A DNA stretch of 64,000 nt from Myxococcota bacterium. GTDB lineage: Bacteria; Myxococcota_A; SURF-8; G963663525. The stretch spans positions 207,028 through 271,027 of the forward strand of contig CAXXVK010000060.1 of the NCBI GenBank assembly GCA_963676915.2. The letters are read 5' to 3'. Positions 1 through 10,981 of the stretch are shown piece by piece. Each line of letters begins with the position of its first letter. Positions within the stretch are counted from its first letter, which is position 1. Below the pieces are notes generated by a model. The model made no database searches. It saw nothing but the letters and a program-made list of their open reading frames with translations, and was not told the DNA's origin. A program made the position numbers and the translations under genes.

Positions 1-769
1 CGCCGGCGGTCTGGATTTTCTTCTTCAAGATGGTGCTGTCCTGTTCGAAACGACTATCCGAGCGCATCTTGTAGTCCGCGCCCACAAGATAGGTTTCTCC
101 CGACTCTCCCATTCCTGTTTTTTCCTGCATGATTTCGTTGATTGCACCGATCGGCATTTGTAAGGCAACCGCGCCAAGAACTCTGTCATTTTTCAGAATG
201 GGAGCAGCGATAAACGATGCAGCCACACCGTTGCTTGGAGCGTAGGATTCGAAATCCGTCAGTAGGATTTCACCGGACATGGCATTTTTAAATGTCTTGG
301 CCAATCCACTGCCACGATACTGACCTTTTAACAGGTTGCTCGCAAAATCGGCCTCGTGCTCGACCGTAAACACCACATCGCCTTCGGCAGTGATCAGAAA
401 CAGGTCATAGTACCCGTATTCTTTCTCGTAATGAGAGAGCAGGTCTTTAAAGGTGGTATCGGCTTTTTGATACAGTTCCCCTTCAACTCCACCGTTTTTG
501 AAAGCATGTTCATACGTTTGTAGGGCTTCGGAAATATCGTGAAATGCAGCAAGTACGGTAACGTCGCCGTAGCGTTCTTCAAACCAGCTTTCGATTTGAT
601 GCCTTTTGATTGTCATAATCGCTTCGAGCTTGCTTTTAACATCGTCATCGATGGTCTTGCTTGTTTGCAGGTAGTTCGAGGTAGACGCCAACAGCATCGG
701 GATCAATCCGACCAGTAGGAACATCAGGATCAGTTTCGGGCCGATCTTCAAATTGCGAATGAGATTCAT
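1..769 (-). CDS. Methyl-accepting chemotaxis protein with dCache-like sensor (partial, runs off the window)
   Basis: Translated by hand from ATG 769: MNLIRNLKIGPKLILMFLLVGLIPMLL..., TM1 followed by a GYYDLFLI Cache-type motif. AGGAG RBS upstream; follows three MCP genes. Confidence 0.85.
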   Translation of the reverse strand, partial: MNLIRNLKIGPKLILMFLLVGLIPMLLASTSNYLQTSKTIDDDVKSKLEAIMTIKRHQIESWFEERYGDVTVLAAFHDISEALQTYEHAFKNGGVEGELYQKADTTFKDLLSHYEKEYGYYDLFLITAEGDVVFTVEHEADFASNLLKGQYRGSGLAKTFKNAMSGEILLTDFESYAPSNGVAASFIAAPILKNDRVLGAVALQMPIGAINEIMQEKTGMGESGETYLVGADYKMRSDSRFEQDSTILKKKIQTAG

Positions 770-873
770 GGTTTTTTCTCCTTTTGTGTTTTCAGGCTGT
801 TGAAGAACGCCATAACCTCTGATGTCAAAAAATCGCTACTGACGCTAACGTTCCACCTTCCCCTATTTTGTTC

Positions 874-897
874 GCGGACCGCCCCTTGACGGTCCGC
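874..897. terminator. GC-rich hairpin downstream of an MCP gene (terminator or mRNA-stabilising stem)
   Basis: GCGGACCG-N8-CGGTCCGC immediately after the stop codon; no clear U-tract on the coding strand. Confidence 0.45.
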
Positions 898-906
898 TCC
901 CTTCCA

Positions 907-3012
907 TCACATCCTTTCGAAATCATGATCCGAAATGTCCGGATCGTTCGAGAAGTCCAGGTTCAAGCCCTGGGTTTTTCTATTGCCATTGCTTTTTCGA
1001 GCAACCGATTCGATCTTTTTCGTGGGTTTGATCACGGAGTCGCTCATTTGCATGGAGTGAGATCCCAGACCCAGCTTGAAGAACGAAACCTGATCGTTCA
1101 TGTTGACCGCCTGCCCGGAGAGTTCCTCGCTGGTGGCGGCCATTTCTTCGGTGGCGGAAGCATTTTGCTGGATCACCTGATCGAGTTGATGAATGGCCTG
1201 CGTTACCTGCTCGATGCCGTTGGCCTGTTCGTTGCTGCTGGCATTGATTTCGCGCACCAGATCGGAGGTTTTCTGGATCACGGGCACGATTTCACTGAGT
1301 AAAGCCCCTGCCTTTTCGGAAATTTCCACGCTGGAGACCGATAACTCGCCGATTTCCTTGGCGGCGCTCTGGCTGCGTTCAGCCAGCTTGCGGACCTCGG
1401 CGGCTACCACGGCAAACCCTTTTCCGTGTTCTCCGGCGCGGGCGGCTTCGATGGCGGCATTTAGCGCCAGCATATTGGTTTGTCGAGCGATCTCTTCGAT
1501 GATGTTGATTTTCTCGGCGATGCTCTTCATGGCATCGACGGTCTGTGTCACCGCCGCTCCACCTTCTTCGGCATCCTCGGCGGCTTTCGAAGCGATGGAA
1601 GCGGTTTGCTGAGCGTTATCGGCATTTTGCTTGACCGTCGCACTCATTTCCTCCATCGAGCTGGTGACTTCCTCCACGTTGGCGGCCTGCTCGGAGGCAC
1701 CTTGCGCCATTTGCTGCGAGGACGAATTGACCTGCTCGGAACCGACGGCAACCTGGTTGGCGGCGTTTTGTACACCCGTGACGACTTTGGTCAGGTTTTC
1801 CACCATATCTTTGAGAGAAATCGACAGCCGGTCCGCCTCGGAACGAGGATTGATGGCGACCGTCAGATTGCCCTGGGCGACATCTTCGACGAGATCGGCC
1901 ATGGCACGCTGGGCTTCCACCATGTCTCGGAATGAATCGGCCAACTCGCCGATTTCGTCTTTGCTGTTGACTGCGATGGTCAGATTCATATCGCCGACGG
2001 CCAGTTCCTTGGAGGCATGGACCATGGTGCTCAGCGGGTTGACGATCGCCCGGCTGATGCGGAACGATAGGAAAACCCCGACAATCAACGCCACCAACGC
2101 GGCGACGAGGCTGATTGTGATGGACCGCTCGTTTTCACTCAGCATCTGAGGGCCAAGAATATCTTGCTGGTTTTTGTTGGCAAGTTTGACTTCTTCGGCC
2201 AGCGAAGCCATTTTCGGACCCAAGGTGTCCATGGTATAGGCCACGATCTTATTGCGGTCGAAAATGGTTTTTGCCAATGCAGTAAAGGCCGCTTCGTATT
2301 TTTCTTTATCTTTCATCACACTAGCCAGGTGCTCCCGGCGGTCGCGGTTTTGCAACTCGTCGTCCAATACTTTCAGGTACTTATGGAATTCACTCAGCTC
2401 TTTTTCCACCCGTGTAACGTGGCTTTGCTCGTTGTTTTCGAGGAACTTGATGACGTACAGCCGAGCCAACAACAGGTTTCGCAGTCCGAGACTGGCGTTG
2501 TATGCTGCCAGCATATCGTTGTCCCGTTTTGCCGTGGTGATGATGTCGGTCAGGTTCCGTTCCATTTTCGGACCGGCGACGTTCAGCACCTCTTCCTCCA
2601 GCTGGCGACGCTTTTCTTGTTTCTCCACGACCTGATGAAAAGCATTGTCGTACGTTTTGGAATCTCCCTGCATGGTCAACAGTTTGTTCTTTCGTTCCCC
2701 TTCTTTTTGTTCTTCGAGAGCGGTGGCCACGAAATTCTCTACTTGGCTCCAACGTTCCTCGTATTTTTGCTTTGCTTCGTCGGTTCCGGTGATGAGGAAG
2801 TTTTTCACCTCCATCCGTGCTTCGAGAAGGTTGGCTTGAATCCTCCCCATCAGGTTCGTACTGCGGGCGACACCTCGATAGGTTGTGAATCCGGTACACG
2901 CATTGGACAACGAGAAACTACCCACGGCGGCGATGATGATCAGCAGCCCGATCACGATGCCGAAACCGGTACGGATTTTCGATGCAACAGACATGTTGTT
3001 GAAATTGAACAT
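907..3012 (-). CDS. Methyl-accepting chemotaxis protein (large helical periplasmic sensor, HAMP, MCP signal domain)
   Basis: Two TM helices; [40 protein letters not shown] hairpin motif; C-terminus DFERM. Confidence 0.96.
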   Translation of the reverse strand: MFNFNNMSVASKIRTGFGIVIGLLIIIAAVGSFSLSNACTGFTTYRGVARSTNLMGRIQANLLEARMEVKNFLITGTDEAKQKYEERWSQVENFVATALEEQKEGERKNKLLTMQGDSKTYDNAFHQVVEKQEKRRQLEEEVLNVAGPKMERNLTDIITTAKRDNDMLAAYNASLGLRNLLLARLYVIKFLENNEQSHVTRVEKELSEFHKYLKVLDDELQNRDRREHLASVMKDKEKYEAAFTALAKTIFDRNKIVAYTMDTLGPKMASLAEEVKLANKNQQDILGPQMLSENERSITISLVAALVALIVGVFLSFRISRAIVNPLSTMVHASKELAVGDMNLTIAVNSKDEIGELADSFRDMVEAQRAMADLVEDVAQGNLTVAINPRSEADRLSISLKDMVENLTKVVTGVQNAANQVAVGSEQVNSSSQQMAQGASEQAANVEEVTSSMEEMSATVKQNADNAQQTASIASKAAEDAEEGGAAVTQTVDAMKSIAEKINIIEEIARQTNMLALNAAIEAARAGEHGKGFAVVAAEVRKLAERSQSAAKEIGELSVSSVEISEKAGALLSEIVPVIQKTSDLVREINASSNEQANGIEQVTQAIHQLDQVIQQNASATEEMAATSEELSGQAVNMNDQVSFFKLGLGSHSMQMSDSVIKPTKKIESVARKSNGNRKTQGLNLDFSNDPDISDHDFERM

Positions 3013-3298
3013 GATTTTTACCTTTCTGCTAAAATTGCGGTGAAGTAGCGGAAGGGACTTTCTGTTGCATGAAAATCTTGGGAGTTTATTCTTAGAACAT
3101 CCCTGTCCTTTAAAGAATGCGTTGACTTTTCAACCGTTTTGTTCCCCCCAAATGTCTCGGACTCTCAGTGCTTCTATCCTTGAAGCGTCGTGCGTCTCCT
3201 TTCCTGGTTTTGACCTTCGAAATTTTCCAAATTCCGTTCACTGTTGTTGAATGCATTGGTGTTGATTTCCGCATGTTGTTTCTGTGATGTCGTTTCGT

Positions 3299-3321
3299 GA
3301 ACCGCCCTTAAAGGGCGGTTC
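3299..3321. terminator. Hairpin downstream of an MCP gene
   Basis: GAACCGCCCT-TAA-AGGGCGGTTC perfect stem 8 bp after the stop codon. Confidence 0.5.
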
Positions 3322-3328
3322 GTATGTC

Positions 3329-5545
3329 TTAAATCCTTTCGAAATCGTCGTCCGAAATATCCGGATCGTTCCCAAGATCGAGTCTCAATCCATGTTTTGG
3401 GTCTTTGAGGGATTTTGACCCGTTGGTTTTTGCTGGAGTAACCGTTGTATTCGATGCCCTGAAGGCTTGATGCGATCTGCCGTTCGACAGTTTGAAGAAC
3501 GCCACCTGCTCGTTCATACTGATGGCCTGACTGGACAATTCCTCGCTGGTAGCGGCCATTTCTTCGGTCGAAGCGGCGCTTTGCTGGATCACCTGGTCCA
3601 GCTCGTGGATGGCCTGGGTTACCTGTTCGATACCGTTGGCCTGTTCGTTGCTGCTGGCGTTGATTTCACGTACGAGATCGGAGGTTTTCTGGATCACCGG
3701 CACGATCTCTCGTAGCAATCCGCCCGCCTTTTCGGCGATTCCCACGCTGCTTTCGGAAAGTTCGCCGATCTCTTTCGCGGCAGTCTGGCTACGCTCGGCC
3801 AGCTTGCGGACTTCGGCGGCCACCACGGCGAACCCTTTGCCGTGCTCCCCGGCGCGGGCGGCTTCGATAGCGGCGTTCAACGCCAGCATATTGGTCTGGC
3901 GGGCGATCTCTTCGATAATATTGATCTTTTCGGCGATGCTTTTCATCGCTTCGACGGTCTGCGTTACCGCCGTGCCGCCTTCCTCGGCATCCTCGGCCGC
4001 TTTCGAGGCGATGGACGCGGTTTGCTGGGCGTTGTCGGCATTTTGCTTGACGGTGGCGCTCATTTCCTCCATCGAACTGGAAACCTCTTCCACGTTCGAT
4101 GCCTGTTCCGAAGCGCCTTGCGCCATGGACTGCGAGGACGAATTGACCTGCTCGGAACCCACCGCCACCTGATTGGCCGCCCCCTGGACTTCGGTCACGA
4201 CCTTGATCAGGTTGAGCACCATGTCATTGAGGGAAATGGCCAGCATATCGGATTGGGAACGGGGCTTGATGTCTACCGTAAGGTTACCCTGGGCCACCTG
4301 TTCCACAAGATCGGCCATCGCCCGCTGAGCTTCCACCATTTCCTGCAAAGAGAACGCAAGTTCGTCTTTGTTCGAACGAGCTTGGACGTCATGTGACAAA
4401 TCCCCTTTGGCTACATCGCTGACGAGATTCGTCATTTTCCGCTGGGCTTCCACCATGTCCCTGAACGATTCGGCCAACTCGCCGATTTCATCCTTGCTTT
4501 TGAAGTCGATCTTTAAATTCACGTCGCCGACGGCCAGTTCCTTGGAGGCTCCGACCATGGCAATCAGGGGATCGACAATCGCCCGGCTGATACGAATGGA
4601 AAGGAAGATACCAACGATGAGAGCCACGATGGCTGCAATAACACTGACAATGATGGAACGTTCGTTTTCCGCCACCAGCTTCGGACCTAAAACATCCTGC
4701 TCGTTTTGGTTGGCGAGCTTGATTTCCTCAGCCAGTGAGGCCATGCCCGGTCCCAGAACGTCCAACGTGCTGGTAACGATTTCATTGCGTTTGATAATAG
4801 TTTCTGCGACCGAATCGAAAGCGTTTCGGTATTTTTCCTGGTTCTGGCTTACAGATGCCAAGTGTTCCCGGCGGTCGCGATTTTGCAGTTCGCTGTCCAG
4901 CACCTTTAAATAAGATTCGAATTGGCCCAGTTCTTTACCGACACGGTCGACGTGGCTTTGTGCGTTATCTTCCAGGAATTTAACAACATACAGTCGTGCC
5001 AGTAGAAGGTTCCGCATGGCGAGACTTGCGTTATAGGCCGCCGTCATATCGTGATCGCGATTGGCCGTAGTGATGATGTCCGTCAAGTCGCGTTCCATCT
5101 CGGGACCGACAACGTTCAATACTTCATCTACCAGGTGATGGCGCTTGTCTTGTTTGACAACGATTTGCTCGAAGGCATTGTCATAGTTTTTCGCGTTTTT
5201 ATCCATCTCCAGAAGCTTGTTTTTGCGCTCCCCTTCATGTTGATTTTCAGTAGCCGTTGTAATGAACTCTTCTACCTTGGCCCAACGCTCTTCAAACTTC
5301 TGCTTCGCTTCGTCGGTTCCGGTTATGAGGTAGTTTTTCACCTCCATCCGGGCTTCGAGGAGATTGGCTTGAATCCTCCCCATCAAATTCGTGCTGCGCG
5401 CAATGTTCCGGTAGGTTCCGAAACCCTCCGAGGCGTTGGATAACGCCAGGCTGGCGACAGCGGCGACGATGATCAGCAAGCCGATCACAATGCCGAAACC
5501 GAACCGAATTTTGGACGCAACTTTCATGTTCTTGAAATCCACCAT
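3329..5545 (-). CDS. Methyl-accepting chemotaxis protein, paralog of 907..3012 with one extra HAMP unit
   Basis: Same sensor domain ([22 protein letters not shown]), MCP signature, C-terminus DFERI. Confidence 0.96.
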   Translation of the reverse strand: MVDFKNMKVASKIRFGFGIVIGLLIIVAAVASLALSNASEGFGTYRNIARSTNLMGRIQANLLEARMEVKNYLITGTDEAKQKFEERWAKVEEFITTATENQHEGERKNKLLEMDKNAKNYDNAFEQIVVKQDKRHHLVDEVLNVVGPEMERDLTDIITTANRDHDMTAAYNASLAMRNLLLARLYVVKFLEDNAQSHVDRVGKELGQFESYLKVLDSELQNRDRREHLASVSQNQEKYRNAFDSVAETIIKRNEIVTSTLDVLGPGMASLAEEIKLANQNEQDVLGPKLVAENERSIIVSVIAAIVALIVGIFLSIRISRAIVDPLIAMVGASKELAVGDVNLKIDFKSKDEIGELAESFRDMVEAQRKMTNLVSDVAKGDLSHDVQARSNKDELAFSLQEMVEAQRAMADLVEQVAQGNLTVDIKPRSQSDMLAISLNDMVLNLIKVVTEVQGAANQVAVGSEQVNSSSQSMAQGASEQASNVEEVSSSMEEMSATVKQNADNAQQTASIASKAAEDAEEGGTAVTQTVEAMKSIAEKINIIEEIARQTNMLALNAAIEAARAGEHGKGFAVVAAEVRKLAERSQTAAKEIGELSESSVGIAEKAGGLLREIVPVIQKTSDLVREINASSNEQANGIEQVTQAIHELDQVIQQSAASTEEMAATSEELSSQAISMNEQVAFFKLSNGRSHQAFRASNTTVTPAKTNGSKSLKDPKHGLRLDLGNDPDISDDDFERI

Positions 5546-5674
5546 TTTTTCTCACCTTTCCTACGGATTATGGTACTTATCGCGAGAAAGACTTGAATCA
5601 CTTCAAAGTGCACTTTCAATGGCTATCGCTTCCGCTTTTGCCCTTCTCTCCTCCTAAAAATCATTCATCAAGAA

Positions 5675-5719
5675 GGACGTTCCCCTCGGAAAAAGTAAAA
5701 ACAGGTGAGGGGAACATCC
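5675..5719. terminator. Hairpin downstream of an MCP gene
   Basis: GGACGTTCCCCTC ... GAGGGGAACATCC inverted repeat. Confidence 0.4.
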
Positions 5720-5731
5720 GAATAGGTTGGC

Positions 5732-8083
5732 CTAGAAGGCTTCGAAATCTTTGTCGATGGCGTCATCGCTTCCGTCGAGAAGCAGTTTTACGCCTTTGGT
5801 GTCTCCGTTGCCGTGGTTGGAAGGCGGCGACTTTTTGCTGCTTGTGCGTGAAACGGGGCTTTTCATGCTTTGCCTGAAAGCCGACGAACCGGATCGCTTG
5901 ATCTTGAAGAACGAGGCCGATTGCAGCAGTTGCTCGCCTTGACCAGAGAGTTCTTCGCTGGTGGCGGCCAGTTCCTCGGTGGAAGCGGCGCTTTGCTGGA
6001 TCACCTGGTCGAGCTGGTGAATGGCCTGGGTTACCTGCTCGATGCCGTTGGCCTGTTCCGAACTGCTGGCGTTGATTTCACGCACGAGGTCGGAGGTTTT
6101 CTGAATCACCGGCACGATCTCGTTGAGCAATCCACCCGCTTTTTCGGCGATTTCCACGCTGCTTTCGGAGAGTTCGCCGATTTCTTTGGCGGCAGTCTGA
6201 CTGCGTTCGGCCAGCTTGCGGACTTCGGCGGCCACCACGGCGAATCCCTTGCCGTGTTCCCCGGCGCGGGCGGCCTCGATGGCGGCGTTCAGCGCCAGCA
6301 TGTTGGTCTGGCGGGCGATTTCCTCGATGATGTTGATTTTTTCGGCGATGCTCTTCATCGCTCCGACGGTTTGTGTTACCGCCGCGCCGCCTTCTTCGGC
6401 ATCTTCTGCGGCTTTCGAGGCGATGGACGCGGTTTGCTGCGCGTTGTCGGCGTTCTGCTTGACGGTCGCGCTCATTTCTTCCATCGAGCTGGAAACTTCT
6501 TCCACGCTCGAAGCTTGCTCGGAAGCGCCCTGCGCCATGGATTGCGAAGACTGGTTGACCTGCTCCGCTCCGGTAGCTACTTGACCGGCTGCCGATTGCA
6601 CGTCTTCGGCAAAGCGGGTGAGATTGCCAATCATGTTGTTGATGTTGTCGGCGATTTTCTCGAAGTTTGCGGCGATTTCAGCCGTGTCGTTATCCGAATC
6701 GGCCACTTGCACGTCCACGTTCAGATCGCCTTCGGAGACTTTACCCAGTGCAGTAACCAGCTTGCCGACTTCGCCTTCCTGGTAATTGGCCTGCTTTTTC
6801 GCCACTCGCGCCGCTTCGCGAACGGCGGTTTGATCGATGATGAATTCAAACGCCGCCACGGCATTGCCGCTTTCGTTTTTGATCGGCGTGGAGATGTAAT
6901 CGATTTCCATCCGATGATCGCCCGGTGTGGCGACGGTGGAGCTTTCCGTCATTTTACGGGTGTTCATCGCTCGTTCGCTGGCGCAGTTGGCCGTCTGGCA
7001 TTCTCCACCTTTCAAAGAATGGTAGCATTTGGTTCCCAGCATTTTCTCCGGTGTGCTTCCCGAAATATTCGCCAATTGCTTGTTGGCAAACAGAATATTG
7101 AATTCCTCGTCTACGCCGAGCACGGGAATCGGCACGTTGTCCAGATGTCCAACCAGTTCGTCGGTAAGACCGTTGATGCCGTCCACCATTTTCATCCAGG
7201 CGCCTTTGTATGCCGAAGAATCGCTGCGTTCGGTCAGACGCCCGGCCTTGACGTTGGCGCTCATACCGTTGACGTCATCCAGCAGTTTTCGCAATACCCC
7301 AATGACTTCGGCAAGTGCCGCCATCATCTGGCCGATTTCGTCCAGGCTTTTATCGGTGATTTCCTGGTCGATTTCTCCGGCGGCCATCGCGGTCATCATG
7401 GACGAGGCATTGTTGAGCCGTTTGGCGATGGTGCGACTGATCCACCAGGCGAGTGCTGCGCAAAACAGCGTCAAAATGAGAGAAAACACCAAAATGCGGT
7501 TGCGCCAACCCGCGATTTCCTCGTTGACGTCTTCGATATACATGCCGGTCCCCACAACCCATTGCCAGGGTTCGAAATACTGAACGTAGGAAATCTTCGG
7601 CACGATGCGGTTTTTCTGGTCTTTGTACTGCCACATGTAATCGACGAACCCAGCTTTGTCGCTCAAAGCCACGTCCACCATTTCCTCGAACATCTTTTTG
7701 CCGTGCGGGTCTTTGTTGTCCCTGACGCTTTTGCCTTCGAGCGCTAGGTTGAATGGGTGCATGACCATGATGTGGTCGGTATCGTTGATCCAGAAATAGT
7801 CATTCATTTCGGGACCATAGCGCACAGAACGCACGGCTTCGGCGGCTTGTTTGCGGCCTTCTTCATCGGTGAGCGTTCCGGCCACAACCATGTCATGATA
7901 ATGCTTGACGACAGATACAACGACTTCGGTCTGCTCCTTTATTTTTTCACGTTTCTTGTCTACCAGTCCGTCGCCGAACTGGGGAACGATCCAACCCATG
8001 ATGGAGCCAATGAACAGGGTAATGATAACGAAGCTCAATGAGAGGATTTTCCAGCCGATCTTCAGGTTCGAGAAGAATTTCAT
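5732..8083 (-). CDS. Methyl-accepting chemotaxis protein with sCache_2 sensor, HAMP and cytoplasmic PAS
   Basis: YFWIND...MVMHP...KDPHGK...GFVDYMW...PKISYV (single Cache 2); PAS-like segment; MCP signature; DFEAF pentapeptide. Confidence 0.95.
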   Translation of the reverse strand: MKFFSNLKIGWKILSLSFVIITLFIGSIMGWIVPQFGDGLVDKKREKIKEQTEVVVSVVKHYHDMVVAGTLTDEEGRKQAAEAVRSVRYGPEMNDYFWINDTDHIMVMHPFNLALEGKSVRDNKDPHGKKMFEEMVDVALSDKAGFVDYMWQYKDQKNRIVPKISYVQYFEPWQWVVGTGMYIEDVNEEIAGWRNRILVFSLILTLFCAALAWWISRTIAKRLNNASSMMTAMAAGEIDQEITDKSLDEIGQMMAALAEVIGVLRKLLDDVNGMSANVKAGRLTERSDSSAYKGAWMKMVDGINGLTDELVGHLDNVPIPVLGVDEEFNILFANKQLANISGSTPEKMLGTKCYHSLKGGECQTANCASERAMNTRKMTESSTVATPGDHRMEIDYISTPIKNESGNAVAAFEFIIDQTAVREAARVAKKQANYQEGEVGKLVTALGKVSEGDLNVDVQVADSDNDTAEIAANFEKIADNINNMIGNLTRFAEDVQSAAGQVATGAEQVNQSSQSMAQGASEQASSVEEVSSSMEEMSATVKQNADNAQQTASIASKAAEDAEEGGAAVTQTVGAMKSIAEKINIIEEIARQTNMLALNAAIEAARAGEHGKGFAVVAAEVRKLAERSQTAAKEIGELSESSVEIAEKAGGLLNEIVPVIQKTSDLVREINASSSEQANGIEQVTQAIHQLDQVIQQSAASTEELAATSEELSGQGEQLLQSASFFKIKRSGSSAFRQSMKSPVSRTSSKKSPPSNHGNGDTKGVKLLLDGSDDAIDKDFEAF

Positions 8084-8119
8084 GATGCGGTCCTTTCACA
8101 CAGGAGTATTGAATGCCGA

Positions 8120-10259
8120 CTAGGATTGCGCCGAGAGATCCTCGGTCTTCTCTTTGATTTTTCGGTTTTTACCGATGGAAACTTTTTCATCCATGTTGGC
8201 CATGCGTACGAGGCCCAACACGTCTACGATCAACGCCACATTGCCGTCGCCCATGATGGTCGCGCCGGACAGCCCGACGACATCCTGGTAAATACGTCCG
8301 AGGGATTTGATAACCGTCTGGTAGTCGCCGATCACCCGGTCCACCACCAGTCCGACGCGCTGGTCGCCGTGGTTGACGATCACCGCCTCCTCGATTTCCG
8401 GCCGGATACCTTCGATCCAGAACGTTTCGCGCAGGCGCACGAACGGCAGCAACTCGCCCCGGACCTGAATCAGATTTCGTCCACGATCCAGTGCGATGGT
8501 TTCCGGTGTCATTTCAATGCATTCCACGATGGCATTGATGGGAATGACGTATTTTCCAGCCCCGATTTCGACCAGCAGACCGTCGATGATCGCCAGCGTA
8601 AGAGGCAGGTAGAGATCGATTCGCGTGCCTTTTCCCGGTTGGCTGTCGATTTCGATCGATCCCCGCAGGCTTTCGATTTCCCGTTTCACCACGTCCATTC
8701 CCACGCCGCGTCCGGAAATCGATGTAACCGATTCCGCCGTGGAAAAGCCGGGGCGCATGATGAGGTTGAAAATTTCTTTTTCGGTCAAATCTTCGTCGGC
8801 GGCGATCAAGCCTTTTTCGATGGCTTTGGCGCGAATGGCTTCGGGGTTCAGTCCTTTTCCGTCGTCTTCGATGGAAATCACCACGTTCGCTCCCCGATGC
8901 ATGGCGGACAGGCGGATCGTGCCACGCTCCGGCTTTCCGGCTTCCAATCGTGCTTCCTGGCCTTCGATACCATGGTCCAGGCTGTTGCGAATCAGGTGCA
9001 CCAGGGGGTCTCCGAGGCGGTCGATGACGGTTTTGTCCATTTCCGTCTCACCACCCTGGGTGACGAGATCGATTTGCTTGTTCAGTTCCGACGAGAGGTC
9101 GCGTACCAGGCGACGGAAGCGGCTGAACGTCCCGCCGATGGGCATCATGCGGATATTCAGCACGATATCGCGCAATTCTCCGGTCAGGCGATCCACTTCC
9201 TCCACCGGAGAATCGAGTTCGAGACTGTCGATTTTCGAGGCCACGCGGGACAATTGCGCCTGGGTGATGACCAGCTCGCCGACGAGATTGATAAGGTTAT
9301 CGAGTTTGTCGGCGGGAACGCGAACCGTTTCTCTGGCAGTGGCTTTGTTGAAAGCCTGCAACGCTTTCTGTTCTTGAAGCGCCGATTGGATTTTCGTCTT
9401 GGAGACGCCTTTTGTCTCGGAGAGAAGATCGCCAATACGTTTTTGCGTTCCTAAAACCTGTTCGATATCTTCCGCTTTGGCATCGCCACGATCGACGAGA
9501 ATTTCTCCCAACCGTGGGATGTCTTCGGCTTCTTCTTCGGAAATACGCCGAATATCGATTTCGCATTCATCCTCGACGAAAATGAACACGTCGCGGATGT
9601 CGTCCTCGTTGTTGGAGGTGGTTAGGACGATATCCCAGGACAAATAGCACCTTTCCGGGTCGATTTCGTCCAGCGGGGGAATGGCTTCGAGGTTCGTGAT
9701 GACTTCGCATTCCCCAAGCCCTTTTAGCTCGTCGATCAGAAGTGCCGGGTCCATTCCCCTGGAAAATATTTCGGGATCGCCTTGGAAACGGACCCGGTAC
9801 ACCTGTTTGCTGGGAGGAGCGGCTTCTTCTTCTGGTTTTTGCTCTTTCGTCTCTTTCATCGCCTTTTTGGCGGAACGCGGCATCAGTTCGTGCAAACGCT
9901 CGATAATCTTCAGGTTTTGCGTATGGCTGACGCTCGGACCACCCTGGCTTTGGTCGAGCATGGCGCTGATTTGATCGCGGGAGATCAAAATCAGGTCGAT
10001 GAAATCTTTTGAGATTTTCATCTTTCCTTCGCGCACGAGATCCAACGCGGTTTCGACGTGGTGGGTAAAGTCCGCGATGTCGTCGAACCCGAACATCGAC
10101 CCCGAACCCTTGATCGTATGCATGGCTCGGAACAGCCGGTTGACCGCATCGATGTCCTCGGGATCGGACTCGATATTCAAAATGCACTCCTCGATATCCG
10201 TAAGGAGTTCTTCGGCTTCCTGCAAAAAAAACGTCGGCAAAGTTGGCGGATTCACTCAT
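8120..10259 (-). CDS. cheA: Chemotaxis histidine kinase CheA (apparent +1 frameshift in a T8 run at codons 10-12)
   Basis: Hpt FRAMHTIKGS, HLIRNSLDHG, DDGKG, GRGVGMDVV, C-terminal CheW domain. The natural start ATG 10259 (MSESANFADVF-LQEAEELL) is out of frame by one T at 10224-10231. Confidence 0.95.
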
Positions 10260-10284
10260 GGTATTAAATCCTTATAAACGAGGG

Positions 10285-10650
10285 TTATTTCAGGACTTTC
10301 TTTACGACGGAAACGAGTTGGGGCGGCTTGAACGGCTTGACGATCCACCCTGTGGCCCCCGCCTTTTTTCCTTCGAGTTTTTTTCCGCTTTCCGATTCGG
10401 TCGTCAGCATGACGATGGGAATGAACTTGTACTCTTTCCGGCTGCGGACCTCCCGGATGAGTTCGAGTCCGTTCATGTTGGGCATGTTCAGGTCGGTGAT
10501 GAGCATATCGATGGTGTCGTTCGTCAATTTGGAGAGCGCATCCACGCCGTCTTCCGCCTCGACCACATCGTATCCGGCCTGCTTGAGCGTAAAGCTCACC
10601 ATTTGCCGCATACTGGTCGAATCGTCGGCTGTCATGATTACCTTGCTCAT
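10285..10650 (-). CDS. cheY: Chemotaxis response regulator CheY
   Basis: MSKVIMTADDS...ITDLNMPNMNG...LTTE...GATGWIVKPF; AAGGAG RBS before ATG 10650. Confidence 0.93.
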   Translation of the reverse strand: MSKVIMTADDSTSMRQMVSFTLKQAGYDVVEAEDGVDALSKLTNDTIDMLITDLNMPNMNGLELIREVRSRKEYKFIPIVMLTTESESGKKLEGKKAGATGWIVKPFKPPQLVSVVKKVLK

Positions 10651-10651
10651 G

Positions 10652-10966
10652 TCAGATCTCCTTCGCTTGCGTCTCGAAGACGGCACCGAATTCCATTCCC
10701 CGGCGTTGGAAAACGCCTCGTGCACGACTTCGTTGTCACCTTGGACCGTTATCTTTTTGTCATGTATTTCCGAATACTTGAGAGTAGATAGCAGCACTTG
10801 CAATCCCGCCGTATCGCAGCTCTCGACGGCGGAAAGATCAAGAACCAGCGAAGGAGACTGTTCGAACGCATCCAGCAGCGTTTGTCGGGTCTGTTCGACT
10901 TCGCTCACCTTGAGCGCTCCTTCGGTTCAAATCGACGGTTTTCGTCTTCTTCGGTTTTTTCGACAT
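10652..10966 (-). pseudogene. STAS (anti-anti-sigma-like) domain protein with two compensating frameshifts (error or pseudogene)
   Basis: LVLDLSAVESCDTAGLQVL STAS motif. ATG 10966 (with RBS) and TGA 10652 share a frame, but the core lies in another frame between ~10925 and ~10700. Confidence 0.75.
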
Positions 10967-10981
10967 CGGATTCCCTTTCGA

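Noticed and set aside
793-808. CAGGCTGTTGAAGAAC resembling an IS terminal repeat
   Set aside because: A single short match with no partner repeat or transposase seen.
10285-10908. Apparent STAS-CheY fusion ORF
   Set aside because: CheY has its own RBS and ATG at 10650, and the STAS gene has a matching start (10966) and stop (10652) in another frame. The fusion is best explained by indels.
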